Assembly (NCBI GenBank): GCA_963668625.2
Contig: CAXXKA010000008.1
Span: 512,001-576,000, forward strand
Direction: 5' to 3'
Length of the DNA stretch: 64,000 nt
Source of the DNA: an uncultured candidate division Zixibacteria bacterium
Lineage (GTDB): Bacteria; Zixibacteria; MSB-5A5; UBA10806; 4484-95
Shown: piece by piece, positions 48,700-59,100 of the stretch
How positions within the stretch are numbered: position 1 is the stretch's first letter
How the letters are laid out: every line of letters begins with the position of its first letter
Notes under the pieces: model-generated
Databases searched by the model: none
Told to the model about the DNA's origin: nothing
The model's input: only the letters and a program-made list of their open reading frames with translations
Made by a program: the position numbers and the translations under genes

Positions 48700-50214
48700 A
48701 TGTCCGATGAATTCAATATCGAGGGATTGGACGAAAACGAAACCATAGCCAGACATATGAAATCATCAAAATATAAGAATTACTCTCCGGATGATAATTT
48801 CATTAATGATAACCGAATCAAGCTGGATTTTACCTATATACTCAGCCCCCTGGCCGGCAGGTCTTTTATCACCAGGGAGGAGCTGGACGGCCTCTCGGAT
48901 ACGATCATATCTCATTATGATGATCTGAAAAACTCCAGGGGTAATTGCCTGGATGGCAAAAACGCCATGCTCGGTTGGATGTCTATTCCCGATGAAATTA
49001 CGATTGATCAGTTGGAGCGGATTCAAAGCGCCACCGATGAGCTGTCGGGGAAAATTGATGCCTACGTATCGCTGGGAATCGGAGGTTCTTATCTCGGTAT
49101 AGAGGCGACTATGAAGGCGTTGACCCATACTTATTTCAATCAACTGCCTCGCGAACATAGAGGCGGCGCGCCCGAGATATATTTCCTGGGGCAGAATGTC
49201 GATCCGGACTACATTCGCAACACACTGGATATGCTGAAAGGCAAACGTGTCGGCATAAACGTAATCTCGAAATCCGGTACTACCGCCGAAACCGCCATAG
49301 CGTTTCGCATCCTGAGAAATATTCTGGAGCAAAGCGCGGGCGATAAATCCTCAGAATTTATTTTCGCCACCACCGATAAAGTCAAAGGCGCTTTGAGGAA
49401 ACTGTCCGATTCCAAAGGGTACAAAACGTTTATAGTGCCCGATAATATCGGCGGACGTTTTTCCGTGCTCTCGGATGTCGGCCTGGTGGGACTGGCAATG
49501 GCCGGGATCGATATATTCGAGTTCACGGCCGGTTTCCGTGAGATGAAGCGATATCTCGATACGGCTGATTTCTGGCATAATCCAGCCATGCTTCATGCCG
49601 CCATCCGCCATTTGGCACATACTAAAGGCAAGAAAATCGAGGTGGTGGCCACTAATTCCAGCGCGATATACCAGCTCACCCGGTGGATGGAACAGTTATT
49701 CCCGGAAAGCGAGGGGCATAATGGCTACGGCCTGTGGGTCTCGCCCTCGATGTATTCCGAGAAACTTCATGCAAACGGACAGATGGTGCAGCAGGGCGAG
49801 CGCAATCTGATAGAGACATTTATCAAACTGGCGCAAAGCGATAACACGGTCGCCGTGCCGAAGGACAACGACAATCTCGACGGCTTAAACTACCTGTCGG
49901 AGAACAAGCGTGATATGAATTATATCAATCAAAAAGTCATAGATGGCCCGGCTTATGCCCATTTCACCGGCGGCGTACCGAATATGACATTCGAGATGCC
50001 GAGACTGAACGCTTTCAATATCGGGCAGTTCTACTACCTGATGGAACTATCGGTTGCCTTAAGCGGATATCTTGCCGGGCATAATCCATTCGTACAACCG
50101 GGAGTCGAGGACTATAAAAAAGCTATGTTTGCCATGCTGGGTAAACCCGGCACCGAAAAACAGATGTCCGAGATTCAGGCAGAAATAGATAAATTCGAAC
50201 GTTATATAGTATAA
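48700..50214 (+). CDS. pgi: Glucose-6-phosphate isomerase
   Basis: GIGGSYLG, VISKSGTTAE, IGGRFSV, QLFPESEG, LH..GQ..Q.G, NPFVQPGVEDYK; ATG at 48700 after GAGGTG. Confidence 0.92.
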   Translation: MSDEFNIEGLDENETIARHMKSSKYKNYSPDDNFINDNRIKLDFTYILSPLAGRSFITREELDGLSDTIISHYDDLKNSRGNCLDGKNAMLGWMSIPDEITIDQLERIQSATDELSGKIDAYVSLGIGGSYLGIEATMKALTHTYFNQLPREHRGGAPEIYFLGQNVDPDYIRNTLDMLKGKRVGINVISKSGTTAETAIAFRILRNILEQSAGDKSSEFIFATTDKVKGALRKLSDSKGYKTFIVPDNIGGRFSVLSDVGLVGLAMAGIDIFEFTAGFREMKRYLDTADFWHNPAMLHAAIRHLAHTKGKKIEVVATNSSAIYQLTRWMEQLFPESEGHNGYGLWVSPSMYSEKLHANGQMVQQGERNLIETFIKLAQSDNTVAVPKDNDNLDGLNYLSENKRDMNYINQKVIDGPAYAHFTGGVPNMTFEMPRLNAFNIGQFYYLMELSVALSGYLAGHNPFVQPGVEDYKKAMFAMLGKPGTEKQMSEIQAEIDKFERYIV

Positions 50215-50241
50215 AAATCAAACAGCAGGAGGCGACCCGAT

Positions 50242-51042
50242 ATGGGGATTCCGCGCGGGACGGGTCAAAATAACAATATCAAAAATTTAATCATATTCCT
50301 TTCCGGCCCCATTCTATGGATTTCGCTTTTTACTATAGCTAAAATATCGATTCCATTGCTTTATATGGTAATTTATCAAACTGTTTTATCGGTCTGGTTT
50401 TTCCTGAAACGTCCCGAGTTGTTTATCCCCAGCCTGTTTTTTGTCATTTTACTGGGTTCGACCTATTTACCTATCTCTGAGAATCTCTGGGTTGCCAGGA
50501 TACTCATAGCGGTTGGTGTATTAGTATTGATTTCATGGTTAATACCCTCGGTGCGGAAAATAATGCCGGCCTTTAAGCTGGGCAAAATAGATCGTGCCGG
50601 GTTTATGTATGCTATACTAACCGTTATTGTCAGCACGGCTGCTTTATTTGCCTGGAAAACGCTGGCCAAACCTGATATAGCGGGATTCATCACTACGGCT
50701 ATGGATATAGACTCGCGATTAATACTCCCGGCAATAATAGTATTCCCTATTTTTAATGCTATTGCCGAGGAGTTGATGTTTCGATGGCTATTCTGGGAGG
50801 CATTAGAGCAACTAATCGATAAATCGGCGGTGATAATCCTTATCCAGGCGATTATTTTCGGTCTCGCTCATTACGCCGGTTTTCCCAGTGGTTGGCTGGG
50901 GGCGGGTATGGCTTTCTGTTACGGTCTGATGCTGGGATTCATACGATTTAAAAACAAAGGCTTGCTGATGCCAACGATTACCCATATTTTCGCCGATTTG
51001 GTTATTATAATAATCGTATTCAGCAGTGCAGGTATATTATAA
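50242..51042 (+). CDS. CPBP (CAAX protease/Abi) family intramembrane metalloprotease
   Basis: Multiple TM segments; EELMFR, FGLAH, H..AD motifs. Confidence 0.85.
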   Translation: MGIPRGTGQNNNIKNLIIFLSGPILWISLFTIAKISIPLLYMVIYQTVLSVWFFLKRPELFIPSLFFVILLGSTYLPISENLWVARILIAVGVLVLISWLIPSVRKIMPAFKLGKIDRAGFMYAILTVIVSTAALFAWKTLAKPDIAGFITTAMDIDSRLILPAIIVFPIFNAIAEELMFRWLFWEALEQLIDKSAVIILIQAIIFGLAHYAGFPSGWLGAGMAFCYGLMLGFIRFKNKGLLMPTITHIFADLVIIIIVFSSAGIL

Positions 51043-51143
51043 AGGAGATGGCATATCCTGACGATAAATTAATAATGATATAGCAAATGAACCAATTGAT
51101 AGTACTTTAAGTTTTAGTATTACTAACCAAGCAACCGGAGAAT

Positions 51144-53750
51144 GTGATGGCCAAAGCATTTGATACATTTTTAATAAAAGCAGTCCTGCCACCCGAACTC
51201 GAGCCGCTCAAGGAGCTGGCATATAATTTACATTGGTCGTGGAATTACGATTCTATCGAGCTGTTCAGGTATCTCGATCGTGATTTGTGGCGAGCCTCGG
51301 GCGGTAATCCGGTGAAGATGCTGGGGATGATTAAGCAGGATAAATTAAGCCAGGCCCTTAATGACGAGGGTTTCATGGCCCAACTAGAGCGGGCATACTC
51401 GAACTTGAAAAACTACCTGATGGAGAAAACCTGGTTCGAACATAAATACGGTAAGTACAATAAACCGATTATCGCTTATTTTTCGATGGAGTTCGGCATT
51501 TCCGAAAGTCTGCCCATCTATTCCGGCGGTCTTGGAGTTTTAGCGGGCGATCATTTGAAATCCGCAAGTGAGTTGGGCATACCGTTGGTTGGTGTGGGTC
51601 TACTCTACCAGAAAGGCTATTTCCAGCAATATCTCAACGCCGATGGCTGGCAGCAGGAACGTTATCCCGATAACGATTTCTATAACATGCCTATAGAACT
51701 CATGACCAACGGCGAGGGACTGCCCATACTGGTGGATGTCGATTTCCCGGGACGCACCGTGTATTGCCGTATCTGGAAAGTACAGGTCGGCAGAATTGCA
51801 TTATATCTACTGGATACGAATACCTCCGAGAATAACTATACCGACAGAAAGATTACCCATCAATTATACGCCGGTGATAAAGAGACCAGAATACAGCAGG
51901 AATTGATTCTCGGCATAGGCGGCATGTTGGCTCTTCGCAAGCTCGATTTGCATGTGCATGTCTGCCACATGAACGAGGGACATGCCGGTTTCATGGCTAT
52001 CGAGAGGATGCGCCGGCGGGTTCAATCGAATGGTCTGACTCCCGATGAAGCGGCCGAGATAGTCAAAAGCGGCACGATATTCACCACCCATACGCCGGTA
52101 CCGGCAGGTATCGATTTGTTTCACCCGATGATAGTAGAGAAATACCTGACCAATATTTTCCGCGAACTGGGTATGAAAAAGAGCAATTTCCTGAGCCTGG
52201 GACGTTACAACTCCACGGACGACCACGAACCGTTCAATATGGCCCTGCTGGCTCTTCGCACTACGGCTTTCGCCAACGCGGTCAGTGAACTTCACGGTGA
52301 AACCTCGCGCAAGATGTTCCATTCCATATGGCCGAATGTCTCGCTGGATGAGGTGCCGATCGATCATATTACCAATGGTATACATACGCGCACCTGGATC
52401 GCTCACGAGATGGGCGAGCTGTTCTCGCGATACCTGGGCCCGAACTGGATAAATAAACCCGCCGACCAAACGATCTGGCAGCGTGTCGAACGTATCCCCG
52501 ATGTCGAATTGTGGCGTATACACGAGCGAAGGCGGGAGAGGATGGTATCGTTTACACGCAAGAAATTGGCCGATCAGCTTACGAATCGCGGCGCCAGTCC
52601 TAAAGAGGTGGAAGTCGCCGCCGAGACCTTGAACCCGGAGGCGCTGACAATCGGTTTCGCCCGACGGTTCGCGACATACAAAAGAGCGGCGTTACTGCTT
52701 CGCGATCCCGAAAGGTTGAAACGTCTGCTGAAGAACCCGGACCATCCCGTGCAATTCATATTCGCCGGTAAGGCGCATCCACTTGATAACGGAGGCAAGG
52801 ATCTTATAAAGCAGATAGTCCATTTCGCCCGTCAGGAGGATGTCAGAAAGCATATTATTTTCCTGGAGAATTACGATATCAATGTCGCCCGCTACCTGGT
52901 GCAGGGCGTCGATCTGTGGGTGAACAATCCCCGCAGGCCGCATGAGGCCTCCGGTACCAGCGGTATGAAAGTAGTCCCTAACGGTGGACTCAACCTGAGC
53001 ATACTGGATGGCTGGTGGTGCGAGGGTTATAATGTCGATGTCGGCTGGGCCATAGGCGCCGGCGAGGAATACGATGATCCCAATTACCAGGATGAGGTCG
53101 AAAGTAAGGCATTGTTCGATGTTATAGAAAACGAGATCATCCCGCTTTTCTACAATCTCTCCAGTGATGGTTTACCACGCGACTGGATCAAGCGTATGAA
53201 AAAATCATTAATGGAATTGTCACCGGTATTCAATACTAACCGTATGGTGCAGGAATACACCGAAAAATTCTACATGAAAGCTCGCGAAAACTGGGAAAAA
53301 CTTTCGGCCGATGATTTCACTAAAGTTAAAGACCTGGTTAGATGGAAACAAAACGTAAAGGAAAACTGGAACCAGGTGAAAATAGTCAACGCCGGTGTGC
53401 AGAAAAAAGAGGTCGAGGTCGGTTTCGCGCTCAAGGTGGAAACCGAGATCAAACTCGGCAATCTCAAGCCCGAGGATGTCAGGGTGCAGGTTTTAAGCGG
53501 CCCGCTCGATTCGGATTTCAATATCCTGTCCTCGGAAAAAGAGCAGATGAAATGTATCGGTTCGGTACATGAGGATCTGTATAAATATGAGGGCTACGTC
53601 CCTTGCGATGAAAGCGGCCTGTTCGGTTATTCACTGCGGATCATGCCCGATCACCCGGATATGACAGACCAGTTTGGCCTGGAACTAATGCGCTGGATAG
53701 GCGAAGAGACCGGTTCGACCGAATTCCGGATGGAAAAGGTTAGTGTCTAA
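51144..53750 (+). CDS. glgP: Alpha-glucan (glycogen/maltodextrin) phosphorylase
   Basis: LAYNLHWSW, YFSMEFG, YSGGLGVLAGDHLK, HMNEGH, FARRFATYKR, EASGTSGMK (PLP Lys). Confidence 0.95.
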   Translation: MMAKAFDTFLIKAVLPPELEPLKELAYNLHWSWNYDSIELFRYLDRDLWRASGGNPVKMLGMIKQDKLSQALNDEGFMAQLERAYSNLKNYLMEKTWFEHKYGKYNKPIIAYFSMEFGISESLPIYSGGLGVLAGDHLKSASELGIPLVGVGLLYQKGYFQQYLNADGWQQERYPDNDFYNMPIELMTNGEGLPILVDVDFPGRTVYCRIWKVQVGRIALYLLDTNTSENNYTDRKITHQLYAGDKETRIQQELILGIGGMLALRKLDLHVHVCHMNEGHAGFMAIERMRRRVQSNGLTPDEAAEIVKSGTIFTTHTPVPAGIDLFHPMIVEKYLTNIFRELGMKKSNFLSLGRYNSTDDHEPFNMALLALRTTAFANAVSELHGETSRKMFHSIWPNVSLDEVPIDHITNGIHTRTWIAHEMGELFSRYLGPNWINKPADQTIWQRVERIPDVELWRIHERRRERMVSFTRKKLADQLTNRGASPKEVEVAAETLNPEALTIGFARRFATYKRAALLLRDPERLKRLLKNPDHPVQFIFAGKAHPLDNGGKDLIKQIVHFARQEDVRKHIIFLENYDINVARYLVQGVDLWVNNPRRPHEASGTSGMKVVPNGGLNLSILDGWWCEGYNVDVGWAIGAGEEYDDPNYQDEVESKALFDVIENEIIPLFYNLSSDGLPRDWIKRMKKSLMELSPVFNTNRMVQEYTEKFYMKARENWEKLSADDFTKVKDLVRWKQNVKENWNQVKIVNAGVQKKEVEVGFALKVETEIKLGNLKPEDVRVQVLSGPLDSDFNILSSEKEQMKCIGSVHEDLYKYEGYVPCDESGLFGYSLRIMPDHPDMTDQFGLELMRWIGEETGSTEFRMEKVSV

Positions 53751-53810
53751 ACCGTAAATTTGAGCCGGAATAGCGATAAATATTTTTAAAAATCAATCAT
53801 CTGTTTTGCC

Positions 53811-53838
53811 TTGACTTGATGGTTGATTTTTTTATATT
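53811..53838 (+). promoter_or_regulatory. Putative sigma-70 promoter of tRNA-Glu
   Basis: TTGACT-N16-TATATT ending 11 bp before the tRNA 5' end. Confidence 0.5.
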
Positions 53839-53849
53839 GACAGGCACAT

Positions 53850-53925
53850 GGCGCTATCGTCTAGTGGACTAGGACGGGTGGTTCTCAGCCATCAAACCGG
53901 GGTTCGATTCCCCGTAGCGCTACCA
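53850..53925 (+). tRNA. tRNA-Glu (anticodon CUC)
   Basis: Acceptor GGCGCTA/TAGCGCT + ACCA; D-arm; anticodon arm GGTGG-TTCTCAG-CCATC; T-arm CGGGG-TTCGATT-CCCCG; 76 nt. Confidence 0.95.
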
Positions 53926-54054
53926 TTTTTAATAGCCCCTAACCCATTGAAACACAACGCTATGTACTGTATTTATAAGGGTTTACAACAAAAAAATTGT
54001 TGGGCCAGAAACGGGCAAAAAAGGCCACTTACGGCGGGTAATGTCGCGATTTTG

Positions 54055-54555
54055 TCACCTTTTGAACTGTAGTTTGGCTATTTCTTTTTTATGGATGTTT
54101 GGGGATAGATGAGCATATATCATTGTTGTTGAGATTGACGAATGTCCAAGAAATTCCTGAATTACAGGTATTGGGGTTCCAGCCATGGCCAGGTGTGATG
54201 CAAAAGTATGCCGGAGATCATGCGGCCTACCCTTTAGTTGGAGCCTTTTCATTAATCTGGGGAATTCCCTGCTAAATTGATATTTACTCATAAATGAGTT
54301 TGCTAAACGATCATCAGCATTGTACCCCTTCGATAATTCCATCAGTATGTTTTTCACATCTACTGACATTGGGATTTGGCGGGGACGTTTTCCCTTTGGG
54401 CAGTATCCATCATAGGGCCAAACCCTGATACTTTCTGCTTTAAAATCAACGTTGCGCCAACGAAGATTAAAAAATTCACCTTTTCTCATTCCGCTGTTAA
54501 CGAGAATTATTATAGCTGATCTTAAAGGTTCTGAAGACGTACAATTTATCAGTTT
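54055..54555 (-). pseudogene. Tyrosine integrase, catalytic C-terminal fragment only
   Basis: ...PLRSAIIILVNSGMRKGE (R), K, HDLRHTFAS (HxxR), LGHS, TMIYAH (Tyr); N-terminal domains absent. Confidence 0.85.
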
Positions 54556-54682
54556 TTACAAACAACCCGGGAGCAACAGGAATAGTATGAGGAGCTACGA
54601 CGATTGTATTAATACCGTTATCGTTTAAATATTTTGCCAGATGATAACCGAAATTGCCCGCTTCATAATCAGCTCTTTTCAA
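54545..54682 (-). pseudogene. IS110 transposase N-terminal fragment
   Basis: YEAGNFGYHLAKYL...GINTIVVAPHTIPVAPGLFVKTDK, truncated right after KTD. Confidence 0.75.
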
Positions 54683-54988
54683 TAAGTTATAAGGAATTTT
54701 AATGAATCATGCTTTTCTCAATAACTACCGCGAGAACAATACGCTAACAACTATACAATAAAACACTCCTAAAATCGATACGCTCTGTCAATGCGCCTGT
54801 AAACTCCCCCTTTTATATAATCTTCCCCATTATTTCTCTCCAATTTTAATTTCTTTAAAGGAGATGAAAGGGCAATCCGAAAGCTACTTTTTTGGTATGG
54901 GCTATCTGGAAACAGCCGATTAGGTCAGATTGGATTCCCTTATATATTAGTGTAAGTTATAATGACACAACTATTTATAATTTTACAC

Positions 54989-55056
54989 TTGACAAATAAT
55001 AGAAGTAATATAAATTACTGTTGTATATGTCTTGTATATACACATACATATAACAA
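54989..55056 (+). promoter_or_regulatory. Putative promoter and operator of the TrmB gene
   Basis: TTGACA-N16-TAAATT, then tandem TTGTATAT and the perfect palindrome TGTATATACA (55033-55042). Confidence 0.45.
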
Positions 55057-55075
55057 TAAATGCGAGGTGGATTAA

Positions 55076-56002
55076 ATGATAAATGTAAAACATCTTAAAA
55101 TAGTTAAAAAAATGGGACTCTCTGAGAATGAATCGAAGTGCTATTTGGCGTTAATGGAAAGACAATCTTTATCCGTTGCTGAAATAGCTAAATTAACCGG
55201 TATTGCAAGACCAAATGTCTATGAGGCCACAGAGAGGCTATTAATCAAAGGATTAAGTGTTGAATTGCCGGGAAAGGCTAAATGCTTTTCTGCCTCTGAT
55301 CCTAAGATACTCCAGGAAAAAGCATTGGCAAATATTAATGAAACCCGCAAGGTGGAACTTGAAAACTTTGAAAAGAAGAGAAAAGAAATCGTCGACCTCA
55401 GTGATGAAATAAGTGAATTAAATGCTCTATATAATCAGAACCGTGGCAATAGCGGTCCGCTTGATTATATAGAAATTCTTAAAAATCCCGACCAGATTCA
55501 TCGACGATTTTTACAGCTCTGCAATGAATCCCAAAAAGAAATTTTAGGATTTTCGAAACCTCCATATGTTGCCAGCACTTCGGAACGAGAAGCCGGACAA
55601 GGTTCCGTACAGGCTGAAGCTTATCACGAAAGGGGAGTGAGCTTAAGAAGCATTTATGAGATTCCGAGCGACGAAGTGGAAAAAGAGAGCTTCTTCAAAC
55701 GATTATGCGATGGTTATGAACCTGAAAAAGAGCAAATAAAAATTATGGATAAACTCCCTATGAAAATGATAATCTTCGATGAAGAGACGGTTTTATTTAC
55801 TCTTGAAGATCCTGTTCAGGGGATACCCTCAATAACTTCCCTTTGCGCAAAACACCATGCCTTGGCAGAAGGTCTTAAAACAATGTTTGAGGTATATTGG
55901 GGGTTGGCCAGCGACTACTTCATGCTCAAAGATCGCGAATACTATATGCCTGAGCTTGGAAAAATCAGAAGCAAAAAAAACGGCCGCAAATCGGATGATT
56001 AA
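55076..56002 (+). CDS. TrmB-family transcriptional regulator
   Basis: GLSENESKCYLAL...SVAEIAKLTGIARPNVYE wHTH; C-terminal PLD-like effector domain (LPMKMIIFD...MFEVYW). Confidence 0.88.
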   Translation: MINVKHLKIVKKMGLSENESKCYLALMERQSLSVAEIAKLTGIARPNVYEATERLLIKGLSVELPGKAKCFSASDPKILQEKALANINETRKVELENFEKKRKEIVDLSDEISELNALYNQNRGNSGPLDYIEILKNPDQIHRRFLQLCNESQKEILGFSKPPYVASTSEREAGQGSVQAEAYHERGVSLRSIYEIPSDEVEKESFFKRLCDGYEPEKEQIKIMDKLPMKMIIFDEETVLFTLEDPVQGIPSITSLCAKHHALAEGLKTMFEVYWGLASDYFMLKDREYYMPELGKIRSKKNGRKSDD

Positions 56003-56136
56003 GCGGTATCCGAACGGATTTACAGGGACTGGCCGATACTTAATTGACACTTCGGAATCGGATATGAGGGGAGATTCTCTATCAAATAAAAGAGATTAAT
56101 AAAATTAAGCCGTTTTTAGAGAAAGGAAGGAATAAG

Positions 56137-59100
56137 ATGCATAAAATTCTACGGCCGCTGTCTGTTCTGGTGATTTGTTTTGAGATGTTCGCCGGAACCA
56201 TGGCCTACGAATCAGAAATTGAGAGTTCAAGAATCCCAAAGTCGGTTTCTATCAAGTCCAATTCTTTGATTCAATCGAATTCTACATCTGATAATCCCGA
56301 TCTTACATCCAGGAATCCGAACGCATCTCAGTTCCCGCCGAGCATTAGTAGTAACGTTTTATCGGATAGAGAATCCGGGGAAATCGATTTGAGTGTGAAT
56401 AATAGTGATTCACCGAACGTTATTCCTGTAGATTTTAACGATATATCCGAAACTGAACCTAATGATAATTGCGCTACGGCTAATACCCTGACTTTAGGCG
56501 ATCGTATTTATTGCGGCCATCTTGATCTGGACGCCGGAGACCCGGCTGACTTTTTCCAATTCACGTTGGATGATTCATATGAGCTGTGGACTGTCGCATG
56601 CTCTACCTCGGCGCCGAATTATTTAACGGAATGTGACCCACCTATAGGTATTAATAAGCTCTACTTATACGACAGCGACTGCTATACTGTTTTAGGCTAT
56701 GATGATAATATCGATAGCGTCATGTTTGGGAAAGTCCATACAGTAATCAGGACGGACTTATCGCCTGGCATTTATAAAATCAAGGTTATGCCTATTGCAT
56801 CGAATCGCAGCGGTTACTATCATTTAGACTTTACAGCGGGCGCTTATCAGCCACCTGGAAATCCGATTTCTGAAACGGAACCAAACAATACCTACCTTAA
56901 CGCCAATTTAATGTCGTGCGGCGACTATGTCCATTGCGCTAATGTAACGGCTAATTCCGATACCGCCGACTATTTCAAATTCACTCTAGACAACACCTAT
57001 GATTATTGGGCTGTCACATGTTATACTACCGCTCCTACTCCCGCGGATTGTTCACCGGTTTTAGCCGATACCAGACTTTGGTTGTATAATTCCGATTGTT
57101 CGACCTTAATCCAATTTGATGACGAGGGGGGGAATGATCACTATTCTCTTATTAGTCAACTCCATCTCGAACCAGGTACGTACGTGATCAAGGCAAATCA
57201 ATATCGTCCTACTGCTCTCTCAGGTCATTATGATATGGTACTCACCTGCGAAGAGGGGATACCCTATGGTCTCCTAAATGACGAGTGCGAAAATGCCGAG
57301 GTTATTACCGGTCCATATCCGGTTACGGTTTCAGGCACTAACATAGAAGCGACCATCGATTGTCCCGGCTATCTGGATTGGGATGCCATATGGTATAAAA
57401 TCGAGTTGCCTTACGCATTTAATAACCTTACTATCGATTGGACACCGACCTGTGAAATAGATGGTTATTTCAATGAGATCGGCGCGATATACATGCCGGA
57501 CTGCTCCTGCAACAGTCATGTGAACTTGAACTGCAGATGGCAAAGTTGCCCCGAACCGTATGATCCTGTTATAAGCTTTCCTGTTATGTCAAGCGCTGCT
57601 CCTATAGCAGGACCGGCTATGATTTACTATCCTGTTAATCCTGATCGCCAAACGATCTTCCGCTTCATTGTCGACGTGACTGAAGCCGCCTCATGTGATC
57701 TTGAGTGCCCACCCGACGGTATTCCTGAGGGCGAACCGGATTGCGGCCCGAATTATGTAGATAATTATAACGGTGGCTGTGAGTCGTATCCGAATGTGTT
57801 TCAATCTGTCGAGGCCGGCGATATTATATGCGGAACGTCGGGCACTTATATGGTCGGTGACACCCTTTATCGGGATACCGATTGGTATGAACTGACCACC
57901 ACTGATCACAGAGTTATTCAAATAAAAGCCATCGCGGATTTCCCCCTGGAATTGTACATCTTAGATGCCGTATGTCCTACTCCTACTATTCTTGCAAGCG
58001 CTGTGGGACAGCCATGTGATTCTTTGCGTATCTATTATAACGCCCCCGCCGGTACATACAGGTTTGTCGTGTGTCCAAGTCTTTTGCCCGGGTACGATTG
58101 CACAAAAAATTATGTTGCCTGGTTCTATACTACGGAACTGGCATCTCCGATTCCCATTACCGCTCCGGGAACCTGGGTGGGCGATAATACTTGTGACGGC
58201 GTCAGTAATTGTAACCTGTTAGATTATAACGGCCCCGATGTCCCTTACGAAGTTACTATACCGTTCGATGGTCAATGGACGTTCACATTGTGCAACAGTC
58301 CTGTCGTGTGGGATTCATATATTGCTCTTGGCTCAACACTATGTTCGATAGACATCGCACATGGTGATCAAGACGCTTGTGGTGATGCTTGGGGTCATGA
58401 TAAGTTTACTGCCGAACTTTACGCCGGCATCTACTATCTGACAGTTTTTAGCGGGCTTGTTAATGATTGTGGCCCATATCAACTCGATATCACCGGCGAG
58501 CCGTTTTGGCCTAATGACGAATGCACAGGTGTTACTCCCGGGGAACTTATTCCCGGCGGCGCTTTAACGTTTACCGGCAATAATACCGGCGCGGCTTCCA
58601 TAAACGACTGCACCGAATCCTCCATCGGTAGATTCCCTAATGTGTGGGAAGCCTTTACGACCAGTGACTGGTTGGATGTAACGATCGATTACTGCGGAAC
58701 AACTCCAGCGTATTCCACAGTGCAGCTTGAATTGGCTGTTGATTGTCCTTGTAACGATTATGTTTCACCTACTGAATATGACAACACTACATGCGGCGAT
58801 GGCAACTCTACCATAAAATATTCCACACTCCCGCCGGGCACTTACTATATCCCTGTAGCATGGACACCCGATTCCGAAGGTCCATACACCATTCATGTCA
58901 ATGCCGATTCCGCTACGATGCCGGAAATTTCTGTTTACCCGACAGAGATCATTGAAGGCGCTGACTCGGGACAATCTGTTTCTGCTAATCTGATGGTTTC
59001 CAATAGCGGTGGAGCCGACCTTGTTGCCAACGCAAGCATATTTATCAACGAAATACAAGACTTGCGGGCTAATCTCAAGCTGTCGCATGTTCAAAACTTC

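Noticed and set aside
53848-54072. 74-aa ORF overlapping the tRNA
   Set aside because: It is a translation of the tRNA and att region.
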